64,000 nt of DNA from Octopus bimaculoides (Eukaryota), in assembly GCF_001194135.2 (NCBI RefSeq), contig NC_068993.1:3031243-3095242 (forward strand), given 5' to 3'. Made by a program: the position numbers and the translations under genes. Positions 12,070 to 25,004 of this stretch are shown here, one piece after another (within the stretch, counting starts at the first letter, position 1; every line of letters starts with the position of its first letter). The notes under the pieces are model-generated. The model was not told where the DNA came from. It searched no databases and saw nothing but the letters and a program-made list of their open reading frames with translations.

Positions 12070-14900
12070 GCTGTTTACTATTAAAGCAAAATGTTCTTAA
12101 ACAAAATGGTAGGTCAGTAGCAGTTTGTTGTTGCCTACAAAACAACACAGAGAGAAATTATTGTATCATAAAGGAAGTGTCAAAATAAGGCACCTCATTG
12201 TCTTAAATTGTTTCTTCTAACAGATGATTGTAAATACATAACTCATACGTTTGTTACAAAACATTAGTTGGCATGCGTTTTATTTCAAAATCTTGAGCTT
12301 TCCTGAATCCTTTAATACTGCTGCACCATCAATAAACATTGATGTAGAATGGTGGAATAGAATTTCACTCTAGCATCTCTTGTTGATCCCAGAAGAACCA
12401 TGCCTTCAATGTGTATTTTTTTTTCAATTAGCAGCTTCTAAAATATGCCTTTCATTTGCTTCAGTGGAAAACATACTCTGTTATTTTCTTGAATAAACTA
12501 TCATCCTTCCAAATGGATGTTATTTCTCCTGCACATTTTATTCTAAGAGAAAACAGGCTTCTTCACAAAAACTAGTGGATCTTGCAGTTACGTATCACAA
12601 AACTTCATCATGAACAATTCTTTGGATGTTATTACTTCCATCAATTTGAACATTCAAGAAATCAGAGCCTCCCTCACTTATTTATATATATATGAAGGCA
12701 TATTTATCTGATTTCATTGAAGAACCTACTGTTACATCGATATGGCAGTTAAACATGGAGATGAGATAGTTTCTGTGAGGAATAACATATCTGCTATCCA
12801 CTCTATTATTGTCAATTTGCACAGAGCTATTTGGTCATCTTCTATGCATTGAATATCCATCAAAATTTGCTTAAGCATGCTTCTGAATTCCTTAGAGAAG
12901 TCTTTGCTACATTTATTATTCTCCATGCATGGCACATCATGATTTAGATTGCCAAGGGGAGCGTGAATCATGCATTTCTTAATGGTTTCCTCATGTGTTT
13001 ACTCAGTGTATAGATTAGGGTATTTCTCTGCTCACGACTTTGACTACTTTACCTGGGTCATTAAATTTATTTACTTCATCTAAAATTATGAGAATACAAG
13101 TATGAGGTAATCCTGGTTTCTGGAATTCGATAGGGTAGCAATATGACCTAGCATTTCCCCAAATATTATTGTCCAGTTTATTGCTCAATAAATACGTCAA
13201 TTTTATCTTAAACACCCTTACTACAATATCTAGTCTGTCTGAAGGGAGCTTTCGAAATAAAAGATTATCTCTGATTTCAACTGAAGAAGGATTGAGTCAT
13301 GCTAGCAAATAAATTTAGCTTTCCAAATTTTCTTATAATAGTCATAGCATCAAGGAAGCGTTTTCGCATGTTCCTTGGAGACCTTTAGAATATTTATGGC
13401 AAAATAAGTGTATGTCGTAACTAGCAACAGCAATTAAACGATTTGTAAGTCTTTGCAACTGTTAAGCTCTGACATGGCGTCGTGAATATCTTACATAATT
13501 CAAATTATTTGTCTCAACTTGAAGATGAGAGTTGGCAAACCATTTTGGAAATGATTTTCTGTCCATGCAGAAAAGGATCAGAATCTTCTTTCCTTGTGGT
13601 TTGAACAAATTTATGTCATGACCTACTAAAAGGGGTCGATCAGTCTACGGTTGTTAATCAATTCAGGATTATTGTTCATTCTCGGTTGCCATCCTGAGAT
13701 CAAGATTTAAGATTAGCATATTTCAATTAATAAGAGGAGTTTATTGAATTAGATGAAAAAATGTAAGCCGCATCCACAAAACGAAGTATTCACCATTAAT
13801 ATCACTAAAACCCATCTCCAGCAGAGAAATTATCATATTGGGATATTTTGAATGCCTTATTCACTCCTATCATTGGAATATTTCCTGCATTCTCCTCTCA
13901 ATTTATAAATGAAATCACAAGTGTTTACTCTGCTGCTCTGATCTAGAGTAGTCACAATTTGAAGAATATGTCTTTCATTATTCTAAGTCTAATTCTATAA
14001 TTTAATCAGTGCCAATATCAGTGATAACCGTTTTGGAATCAACAAGCTGGATGCACATATTGCTTGTAGAATGAAAGATTTATTTATGAATGTGATAACA
14101 ATTTTACCCGTGACCTGATTCCTGAAATATCTGAACTCTCAGAGAAGCAGGCGAAAATGCCAGGTTATAAGATCTAATACTGTCTTTGAAATCAAAGCAC
14201 CTTCAGTTGCTTATTATATTGCAAATATTTGGTAGTGTTTCTCTTTGGTCAGGCAATGATTTCATATTTATTTCAACTGAACATCATTGAATTTAATATG
14301 GAAGGGATTCTCTTAGAAATGTTTGGTACTACAAGCGATATTCTTAGACTCACTTGAATAACAATAAATTTTCCTTTTCAAAAGTTTTGTTGGTTTTATT
14401 ATTTCAAACTTTTGTGTTTCTGTTGTATTTGTATTTCTTGTCTTGTTTTGACGTTCTTCAATTTCAGGTGCAAATATGAAACCTGTATTTATCTTTACTA
14501 ATTACACTTCTTTTATTCTTCTTCCTCAGCATTTTCATTTTACACCTTTTGAGGTTTTCTTCTTTCTTTTCCAAACCTTCATTTTGATTCTTTTTATGTT
14601 TCATTTTGTTTTCTTCTAGTTATTGGTATCAAAACTTTTTAAAGTTTCTTCTGTTTCCTGTTGTCTCTTTGCAGCATGTCTTCTTCTCTACACTTTATGT
14701 CGGAATTTCCCCTTTTCTACTTGTCTTCCTCATTTATCTGCCATTTGACAAATTTGCCTTTTCTCAGTAACTGGAAACTTGTTCGCCTGTTTGCCTTGCA
14801 ATTAGCGGTTAAATAGTTGAAGACTTTACATCACATATCACAAGCTTTCATACTCTTTGACCAACTTCCTTTTCCCTATGCCGACCACCACCGCCTTCGC
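12070..14900 (-). mobile_element. Helitron RepHel remnant: N-terminal region plus HUH Rep domain; helicase absent
   Basis: Colinear motifs across frameshifts: FKDSIRSYNLAF; SPRNMRKRFLDAMTIIRKFGKLNLF; PSDRLDIVVRVFKIKL; IEFQKPGLPHTCILIIL (cf. EFQKRGLPHAHIL); MIHAPLGNLNHDVPCMENNKCSKDF; DGYSMHRR; VDSRYVIPHRNYLISMFNCHIDV; TLKAWF. Confidence 0.93.
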
Positions 14901-15178
14901 CCAGATCGTTCCTTTGTATGGTTGCAGTGAATAAGAGATGTGAAAAATGTGGTATAGGGTGTGAGGAATCTGGCCCAGAGAATGTCGGTTGGCAGGAGTT
15001 TCTTCATAAAAAGTCAAAACTAAGTTACGAATATTTACATTGAAGAGAATATGAAAGCAAACAGTAAGAATATTTCTTTGAAAAAGTATAAGAACTATTG
15101 AAAATGAATAAACAAAAACTAGATGATATGTGTAAGGAGATATTAATTATAAACAGAGAAATTTTACGTCTGTTTATT

Positions 15179-16270
15179 AATTTTTGATCATAAACTTCAT
15201 ATAAACATAATGCAACAAGAACTGGAGAAAAATAACATCTAGATCATCTTTCTTGCTTGCTAAAAGTGAAAACCAGCATTGAAGAGAATTTTGAGGTAAA
15301 GAGTGGTACTTTATGTTCTTTTTTTTTTAAAGAAAAACAGTAAAAAACCACAGAACTAAAATTACTTTTACTGAAGTAAACATTGACAATATCAGAAAAA
15401 AACAAAGAAAGAAAGAAACCTTACAAATGAACGTAAAGAGAAAGTAGACGATGTATGTAACGAGATACTACATTTAAAAAATCAATTACTCCAACTTATT
15501 AACAAACAATAACTTCTGATTAACAACTTCTAATCATCAAATTAATAGCAAATAATATAGCAAGAACAAGTATTTCGATGTTGATAGAGTTTTGTTATGA
15601 AAACTTTTTTTGTGCCAAATGATTTAATACAACAGCAGACATGATTTATTGCTCGGGATACAGTATATCGGAGGGGGTGGGCATGTGAAGGTAGACTCAA
15701 CCTCGTCTTTATTCTTTTTTTCTGTCTCTCTTTCTCTTATTGATGGTGAATCATTCCATAAAATGGCATTCTCTTTATATTCTTTTCTACTCTAGGCACA
15801 AGGTCCAAAACTTTGGTGGGAGGTGGGGCCAGTCAATTACATCAACCCCAGTATGCAACTGGTACTTAATCTATTGACCCTGAAAGGATGAAAGGCAAAG
15901 TTGACCCCAGTCTTCAACTGGTACTTATTTTATCAGCCCTGAAATGGCAAAAGGCAAAGTCAACCTTGACAGAATTTGAACTCAAAACATACAGATCCCA
16001 AAGTCATGCTGCTAAACATGCTGATGGTTCTGCCAAAGAGGGAGAAATAAGAAAAGATGAGACACAAACCAAAAATGATGATGTAGGGTCAGAGTTTGAC
16101 TAAGATATAGCAAAAAAAATAAAACCTTTTGGGTAGAGAAGGATTGTGTACGTAGCATTTAGAAAAATAATTGTATTTTGGATAGAAATGGTATTTTGAA
16201 AGAAAGTTTATCTAAATAGCATTTTTTCTAGTTGTTGCATTATTTTATATAAAGTTTATGATCAAAAATT
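15179..16270. repeat. Pair of ~55-bp inverted repeats (15179-15235 and 16221-16270) about 1 kb apart
   Basis: GTTGCATTAT.TT.ATAT.AAGTTTATGATCAAAAATT at 16232-16270 matches the reverse complement of 15179-15220. Confidence 0.75.
15780..16035 (-). mobile_element. SINE family B copy with an internal ~55-bp tandem duplication
   Basis: ACTGGTACTTA...CCCTGAAA.G..AAAGGCAAAGT.A.CC occurs twice (from ~15858 and ~15917), then GAATTTGAACTCAAAAC. Confidence 0.7.
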
Positions 16271-17289
16271 GGTGAAGAAAAGGAAACATGAAAGATGGGA
16301 GTGATAGAGTAAAAAACCCCTGATTAGAGTTTTGGTGTTAAGACTGAAGATGTATTTTAGAAAACTAAGCAAGACTAACAACTTCTGATGAAATCTGGGA
16401 AAAATAATTGAACAAACCCAAATCTTTTGATGTCAAGATAAACTGAAATACAAGTCTGGTATCTAAAGAGATTGGTGAGAGAAAGGAAATTCTTATAAAT
16501 AAGATTGGATGGACGGGTGAATATTTACAAGTAAAATTCATATCAGTAAAACTCCAGAGCTTTCATTAACGATTAATATTTACCTCTGATCAAGAAAAGT
16601 CTAACGAAGTTCTGCTTATCCCAGAAATAAACAAGATAAACATTTAATTCACATTTTTTTTTATTTTTAAGAAAAATTTTCGATAAGTGATGAAAAATGT
16701 TGAAATGTGGGAAGATTAGAAATCATAAAATTATTTTTTTTTGTATTTAGATGTATTTTAGACAAATCTTCAATAGGAATTTAATAAAAATATGATTATC
16801 ACCATCTTAGATATCTGCTTCTAACTCTAATATTAATTCTGAAATTACAGGACTTATTTATCCCAACATCAAGGAATAATTTTTATTTATTTAATTTTTT
16901 GTGATTAATCTATTCTTCTACCCAACACCTTTACCATGGACAACAGTGAAAATCAATTTAGCACAACTATGAATGGGTGGTCACTTTGACCATCATTTCA
17001 ACTATCTTTATTTCAGTGTTGTTGGTGAAATCCTTCTTCAAAACACTGGTTGTATCTGTCGCCACTAGAGCAAGGACATGTGTGACTAGCATCAACAGAT
17101 AATTGCTTTCCTCAATTCTCATCTCAGTACACAACAGGAGGATCACATCCTCAGTCATAAGACTCTCACTGGAATTATCACAGGTCATTGGTAACTAATT
17201 GAGAAACATTGCTTAAGTGATCCATAAACAGTTCTTTCATATTTATTCAAACTATTAATAATATTACTTAACTTGGCTTTTAAATGATG

Positions 17290-17575
17290 TGGTCCAGTTG
17301 CTAATTAACCTGAATTTTAACTAAGCTAATCTTGTCGTAAACTGGTTAGGTTTAGTTGCTAACCAAACAGGCTTTGCTGTTGTGTTCAGTCCAATTGCAA
17401 ATTGACTTGGATTTGCTGCTAATTGGCCTAATCCTCTTACTGACTAATCTAGTCTTACTGTTAAATAATCGAGCTTATAACTGTTGCTAAGTGACTGGAT
17501 CCTGTTGCTAATCGACTGGATCCAGTTGCTAACTGCCTGGATCCTGTTGCTAATTGACCTGCTCCAGCTACACAC
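17290..17575. repeat. Degenerate 21-bp minisatellite (about CTGGATCC(T/A)GTTGCTAATTGA), roughly 12-14 units
   Basis: GTTGCTAA recurs at ~21-bp spacing; the best conserved units are at 17490-17560. Confidence 0.85.
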
Positions 17576-18194
17576 AGACCAGGCTGTTTAAATAAACTAA
17601 TCCTACTAATAAAGGACCTGTGACTATCTTTCCTCATTCTACCTCCTCATACCTCTACCCAAATCCCTTCCCACTCTCCTCTCCCTGTCCCTTCCTCCCA
17701 CTTTCCCCCATTCTATATCATTTCCTTTCCTAGAAACCTCAGCACTGGCCACAATTTTTAACTTCTAAAGAAGGACAGGTGTTCAAAATACTGGCTTCTT
17801 CAATGCTCATAACAAATTAACTTGGGGATAGCTTTTATTAATGCAGATGCTGTCAACATGATCAGATTTTGGATTTTATTTAATTCACCAAATTATTTTG
17901 AACATTTTTACATGAAATGCTTTTTGCCGCTTCATTCACTTTCGCCATTCACTGGTTTTCCAATTCCATCCATTAATTTCTTTTTCTATACAAACATTTG
18001 TGTGGAGAAAAAGGAACAAATTATTGGAAAATGGCAAGACAGAGGATCTCTCTTTAATGATGTTAGGGTCAATTTCTCTCCTGCCAGTGAACTAATGGAC
18101 TTGACACAGATTAGAGAGAAGCTTTTATGTCCACCAAAGGGGGGTGGGGAAGAAGACTCGAGTTGGTAGCAAGATGAAATGTAGCCATAACGAT

Positions 18195-18460
18195 CTGTAA
18201 AATGGTTGCTCATAGGAAGGACATCCATCATCGTGCTTTGGGAAAGATGTCAACAAACGGAATACACAAGTGAAATGTGGTCTGTGACCCCTCTAGGTAT
18301 GAAATGACTTCAACCGAAATTGCCTCTGGGAGCATCAGGACACATCCACTACGGAAAAGTGAATGTAAGATGATGATGATGCTGAAGATGGTGATGGTGG
18401 TGGTGGCGATTGTGATGGTATATGGTGGTGATGATGATGATGACGATGATGATGATGCTA
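18195..18460 (+). mobile_element. Degenerate retroelement tail ending in (GAT)n
   Basis: AGGAAGGACATCCA...ACGGAAAAGTGAATGTAAGATGATGATG motif pattern shared with the other tails. Confidence 0.45.
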
Positions 18461-19424
18461 ATCAGGAAAATTCTTTTTCCTCAACTGTTGCTTTCTTGAA
18501 AAACATCCAGATGCTGGCAATAAATCCCCAACTCAAGGAATCGGTCTACAGCCGCCTGTAGCTGTAGATGTTAGAAGCATCTCATTAGAACATTCCTAAT
18601 GACCTATAAGAGGTTAAAGGTCACCAAATTGACCAATTAATCAATCAAATGTTAATGGTGTTACATTGATCTTTCATTTAAACACATTTACAGTGAATAT
18701 CATCAATACTTTAACAAGACTATTCATCATCATCATCTTTCACCATCACCAATCCCACATCAGCATCCTGATCATAAAAATAATTGCTTTTAAACTTTTC
18801 ATCATCTTCATCATCATCATCATCATCCACATAATCATCTTCATCTCTACCATCATCATCATCATCATCACTATAACCATCATCACCACTACCATCATCA
18901 TTACCCCTCTCCACCACCACCACCATCATCGTCATCATGGGCGAATCACAACCCTCGTTATCAGAATAATTACCGTTCGTCATTTCCTTGTCATCCCACT
19001 GTAATAATCAATGTCATAGTTGTCAACTCTGTCGTTTGCATCAACACCTCCCCACCCTGTCCCCCACCACCATATAATCATTATCAAATTTATTATCTCC
19101 GCCATATAAATCACCTTGACTGTCAATAGCCACTGACTTCTGGTCATCATCATCATCATCACCACCATCATTATCAATGCCACATGAACACACACTCCTC
19201 CCCTTTCCACACACACACATGAACTGCTATGACAAACATGCGTACATACACAAATAATGTATCTCTCTCTCTCTCTCTCTTACTCTATTTGTGTCTGTGT
19301 TTAAATTTAGCTATATATGTCAAATCCTAATTGAAGGATTACTCAATACATTACTAAGAGTACAGCATTCATTATGTTTACTGCTACATTTTCGCTTGCA
19401 AAATAATATGCATACACACACAGC

Positions 19425-19610
19425 TGGATGCCCTTCCTAATACCAACCACGTTGCAGAGTGTGCTGGGTGCTTTTTATATGCCACTGGCACAAGTGGGTT
19501 TATGCAGCACTGCCACTAGTGCATTTTAAGGGCACCAGCACCTGTAGAAGACTAGCCTGCATCTATGGAAGACCGTGATTTTACTTAGCTTGACATGTCT
19601 TACAAAATGA
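19425..19610 (-). mobile_element. Retroelement tail fragment (RTE-associated family)
   Basis: CTGGATGCCCTTCCTAATACCAACCAC...GGGTGCTTTTTATATGCCACTGGCAC, reverse complement of 2268-2393 and 25170-25240. Confidence 0.65.
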
Positions 19611-20571
19611 ATTACCTAAAACTAAAATGTCCTACCTATTATCCAAAGCAAAAGTTGTTACTTATTTCTCAACATACCGTCCATGCTACCACCATAGTGA
19701 AAGCATGTTCAAGTCTTTCTACAACCGGCTAGATCTTCTTTTCCTGGTCCTGAATACTTTCAGAATAATACATCTTAGGGAAAAATGCAACAACAGAACA
19801 AACTGTAAGCTACACCAACTTTATTGGCAGGTATTAATTCTGTCAATTGGTACCTCTGCTAACTTTATAAAATCTAATTGACAATTAGTTAGTAAATAAC
19901 CAGTTACTCTCAAACCATTCACACCTGAAAAGGCACCTTATATGATTGGAAGATTAGAAAAATTATGGTTCCATATCTGGAATCTATTTAATAATTCCTC
20001 AAGGCATTAATATTGTGCAGAATTGCTGGCAATTCACAAGTAGGTCTCATGCTTTAACAATATAGAGTTAAATGATGTAAAATGAAATTTTAGAAATAAA
20101 CTGTGTGGTATAAATACCACTGTGATGGTGTTATTTATGAAGAATTTGGAAACGGAGAAATAACTGCTGGAATCATTAAATTAAGGATAATATTCTGATA
20201 ATATTATAATATTAGATATGTAACAGTGAAATTTCAATTTGTGCTGCTTTTCTTTTTTAAAGCTATTACCTACTTAATATTTTATCTACTTATTTTGTTC
20301 TCATGTTATACATTTTTATTTTTGTAGAGACCTCCCCCAATAATAAGAATAACAAAAAAATATTGCCTTGAGCACAGAAAACATTACTATTCCATTAATG
20401 TCTTGACTATGATATACTAAAATATAAACTAGATTTGGATTTTTATTCCATTATGATGAGGTCGAAAACAACAACAACAACAGCAGCTGCAGTAGCAATA
20501 AGGATAATAATAATACTGATGATGATGATACTGATGATGATGATGATGATGATGATAATAATAAATGCCCT

Positions 20572-20935
20572 GATGCAGTACCAGGCAGTGGTTCTCATGG
20601 CTTCTGATCTTAATTGATTGGAAGTGTTATCATGTACATTGTTTTGTCTTGGTATAAAAGATGGGCTACAGTGAATATTCTGCTCAATACCACAGACTTA
20701 CTTGTCAGTTGCTTGACCTTAACCAGTTGAGCATGTCCCTTGGTGGCTGACGATATGTGCATCTCTGATCATTAGCAGAAGTAGTGGGGGGACATCATAA
20801 CCATGTGTTGAGAGGAATTCTTTGGGGTTTGGATGATTCACATCTGGAAACATGGGTGTTTCGTTCAACGTCCTTAAAGAACCCTTATTCAGGGACAATT
20901 TGAGCAGGATAGGCTACTTAACCTGAAGAAAATAC
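20572..20935. repeat. Probable interspersed-repeat fragment (retroelement UTR-like)
   Basis: GC-richer, high-complexity block starting abruptly after (GAT/AAT)n; recognised from memory as a common octopus repeat, no second copy in the window. Confidence 0.35.
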
Positions 20936-21049
20936 AAAAATACAAGAAATACAAGAAAAAACAATAATACCCTGTTGTTGATGTTGAAATTCCAATGAAG
21001 GAACTTTGAAATAAACTGAATAACGACATACATACAAGTAACAGGATGC

Positions 21050-22508
21050 CAGGGGCGTACATTCTCAGGCATGCAAAGTATGCGTTGCATGCTCTGTTAT
21101 TTTTTTATCCATATCGAAAAATTCGATAAAATAGTTACTTTTGTTTCCAAGAAACTCCGTCCAGGTGTTTGGGAAATATTCTGCCTCCCCTTCCCCCTCT
21201 CTCACTGATTCGTTCGTCTGATTTGAGAAGACCACGTGACACCCTCCCCTCTCTCTCTCTTTGTTGGTGTAGAATTGTTGTCAACCTCGTTCCACTTTCT
21301 GACCCCGAACCGAAGCAATCCCATAATTCCTGAGTTAGCCAGCCAAAATGGTGGAATAACCTGGCGGTAAGTTTGAATTTTGTTTTTATCCGAAGCATCT
21401 GTTTGCACTATTATATTTTTGGAGTGTTCTGAAAACAAAAATATCATCTATATTATATGATACCACCNNNNNNNNNNNNNNNNNNNNNNNNNNNNNNNNN
21501 NNNNNNNNNNNNNNNNNNNNNNNNNNNNNNNNNNNNNNNNNNNNNNNNNNNNNNNNNNNNNNNNNNNNNNNNNNNNNNNNNNNNNNNNNNNNNNNNNNNN
21601 NNNNNNNNNNNNNNNNNNNNNNNNNNNNNNNNNNNNNNNNNNNNNNNNNNNNNNNNNNNNNNNNNNNNNNNNNNNNNNNNNNNNNNNNNNNNNNNNNNNN
21701 NNNNNNNNNNNNNNNNNNNNNNNNNNNNNNNNNNNNNNNNNNNNNNNNNNNNNNNNNNNNNNNNNNNNNNNNNNNNNNNNNNNNNNNNNNNNNNNNNNNN
21801 NNNNNNNNNNNNNNNNNNNNNNNNNNNNNNNNNNNNNNNNNNNNNNNNNNNNNNNNNNNNNNNNNNNNNNNNNNNNNNNNNNNNNNNNNNNNNNNNNNNN
21901 NNNNNNNNNNNNNNNNNNNNNNNNNNNNNNNNNNNNNNNNNNNNNNNNNNNNNNNNNNNNNNNNNNNNNNNNNNNNNNNNNNNNNNNNNNNNNNNNNNNN
22001 NNNNNNNNNNNNNNNNNNNNNNNNNNNNNNNNNNNNNNNNNNNNNNNNNNNNNNNNNNNNNNNNNNNNNNNNNNNNNNNNNNNNNNNNNNNNNNNNNNNN
22101 NNNNNNNNNNNNNNNNNNNNNNNNNNNNNNNNNNNNNNNNNNNNNNNNNNNNNNNNNNNNNNNNNNNNNNNNNNNNNNNNNNNNNNNNNNNNNNNNNNNN
22201 NNNNNNNNNNNNNNNNNNNNNNNNNNNNNNNNNNNNNNNNNNNNNNNNNNNNNNNNNNNNNNNNNNNNNNNNNNNNNNNNNNNNNNNNNNNNNNNNNNNN
22301 NNNNNNNNNNNNNNNNNNNNNNNNNNNNNNNNNNNNNNNNNNNNNNNNNNNNNNNNNNNNNNNNNNNNNNNNNNNNTTATTACAACAATTGATGAAAAGA
22401 GATTTCTAATGAAAATATGATAGATATATTTGCCCAGAAAAATCGAAAAAATGAATTAATTTAGAAATTTATTGCATGCCCAACCCCGGAAGTCACCACA
22501 CGCCACTG
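21050..22508 (+). mobile_element. Non-autonomous hAT DNA transposon, complete, with TIRs and 8-bp TSD (interior partly in an N gap)
   Basis: Left end CAGGGGCGTAC (21050); right end CACACGCCACTG (to 22508, reverse complement CAGTGGCGTGTG); identical 8-mer CAGGATGC at 21042-21049 and 22509-22516; sequenced parts align with 62008-62350 and 63017-63107. Confidence 0.95.
21468..22377. other. Assembly gap (N run) inside the hAT element
   Basis: N bases. Confidence 1.
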
Positions 22509-22966
22509 CAGGATGCATACGACTCATGTGGAGCAAAGTATGGCTGAACTTGGGTTCTTAAGGAAAGGATGCTAATCCTTAATTTAAACACAGCAAATGA
22601 TCACAAAATCTGCCTTCTTTAAAATTTAAAAGACGATAAACAAATCAAGATGTTTTCTTTTGCAACCTTGCTACCAAGCAGATGGCCAGTCAAATTTACT
22701 CTTAATTAAAAAGTTAAAGAGAACATACATACAGGAGGATGATGATGGTGGTGGTGATGACGACGACAATGATGATGATTATGATGATAAAGATGATGAT
22801 GACGACGATAATGATGAAGTTGGCGAAGATGTCAATATGGGTGACAACAACGATAAATGTGAACATGAATAACAATTACTGTAAACCAAACATAACAAAG
22901 TTATATTGAACTATTTCAATATACAAGCGTCAAGAAAGTTAGTTAAATGATAAATGTGTAAGTGTA

Positions 22967-23051
<85 letters not shown>

Positions 23052-23816
23052 GCAAATTTACATAAATGTATAAATACTTACATTCCATACTTATGTATCA
23101 ATATATATACCTATATATGCATAACCATTTATGTATGAATCTGTTTATATATTTATATATTTATACACCACTATTGAATTAATTTAATATAAAATCACTC
23201 GAGATAGTATATGAAAAAATATTAACTGTGATACGTATATTATTACAAAGAATTCAATTCATTATAACTTGAATTAAATTTTTATTAGATTCAAATCCAC
23301 GATTTAATTCACAATATACATTTAAATGAGATTTAACATTGAATTACCTACAAAATATTGAAGTTTGTGTATTATAATCGTTTAAATGTTAAATCCATTA
23401 AACTGAAAATTGCATAAAACAAAAAAAGTTTCTTTAATAAGTTTAAAATCTAATGTAATTTATTTTGTTATCAATATACATTAACTAGAAACAGTTTGCA
23501 AGAAAAGACATTACATAGGGAGTGAAAAAAAATCTGACAACGCAGAAACATTTTGTTGGATCTTGAGTAACGTAATGAAAGATAAGTTTATGATTATGCA
23601 GTAACTGTGTATAAATGTGGAACATGTAAAATAATTGATAATGGAGGTATGGAAGAAGATGAACTGTTTCTCAGTAACGACTACACCAAATCAAGAGGTG
23701 CATGATTATGGTGGATGAGACCTGAAAAGGTTGGAAACTGCTAAAGTTTTTGATTTGCAGGGTCATTACAGAGGATAATTTGTATATGAATGCATGAAAG
23801 AGATAGATAAATAGAC

Positions 23817-23865
<49 letters not shown>

Positions 23866-23899
23866 TATATCTGTCTATTTATCTTGATGTTGGGTGTAT

Positions 23900-24095
23900 G
23901 GATAGGAAGTTCATTTTGCTCTCACATGGTTTCAGGTTCAATTGCAGTACACAGCAACATCGGCAAGGGTCTTCTTCAGTTGCTGAAAACCCTAGCTTAT
24001 TCAGACTGTCAATTAGGCATTTACTTACAAATCCAAGTGTGCCAATCATTATTGGTCTAAATGTAAAGCTCTATTCTAGATATAGAAGTTGAAGG
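23900..24095 (-). mobile_element. 3' fragment of an RLE-type non-LTR retrotransposon (CRE/R2/R4-like endonuclease C-terminus)
   Basis: LLYLE*SFTFRPIMIGTLGFVSKCLIDSLNKLGFS matches the P(I/V)(I/V)IG(A/T)LG motif region that ends RLE domains. Confidence 0.65.
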
Positions 24096-25004
24096 TTTCA
24101 AAACAGTTGTACATACACATGAACATACATATGTATGTACATACATATGAATGCATGACTGTGTGTATGTATATATATTTCTGCACACAGAAATAAATGC
24201 ATCTCTGTAGGTGAGAGTAACTGACAGTGAACAATGCAATCGATGTAATTCAAAATAATAGCAAAGAGAAGTGTGTGGTATTCGCTGTTGCAGCATATGG
24301 AACATGGAGGTATTTAATGCTAGTTTATGCATATGTATTTTTTAAAAAATGGCCAACGTTCTTAGCCTAAGCTGTTTAAAAGACTAGGAAGAAAATAAGA
24401 AGATATATAGAAAAGAGAAATTGTAAGTTAAAATAACAGGAAACATAGCGTAAAAGACTTCTGTTGTTTGGAAATACAACTTAGAATATAAAAGGTTAGG
24501 TGAAAAAATTTACAAATAAGTCAAAATATATATATGTGCATATGTGTGTGTGTGTGTACATACATACATACGTATGTATGTATGCATGTTTGTTATGTAT
24601 ATGTGTATGGCCTACTAAAACCAGGCTATATGCACCTACTAAAATTTTGTGTATTGTATTGAATCAGTTTTAGTTTGTTTTATTTAGTATTTATTCTCAT
24701 TTCTATTGCATCGAGATTCTTCAGTTTGCTCGATACCGTATGTAATTAGTATAAAAACTGATTACATTTAAATGTAATATATATATATATATACAAGTAT
24801 ACATATACCTATGTATGTACATCTATATATTCATATCTATCTATTTATCAGTTTCTCTCTTTCTCATGTATATACATACATATATGCATGTATATATGTA
24901 TATAGTTGAAATTCAGAGTAGCAAAGTACTGACTCAATCAAAATGAAATATGAATCTTTACCCTGGTGTTGAATCAAGATTAAACTCAAAATGTAAATTG
25001 TAGT

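Noticed and set aside
17290-17575. Periodic repeats considered as a CRISPR-like array (also 25012-25200 and 47150-47260)
   Set aside because: Units are contiguous and degenerate without unique spacers, the context is eukaryotic, and there are no cas genes.
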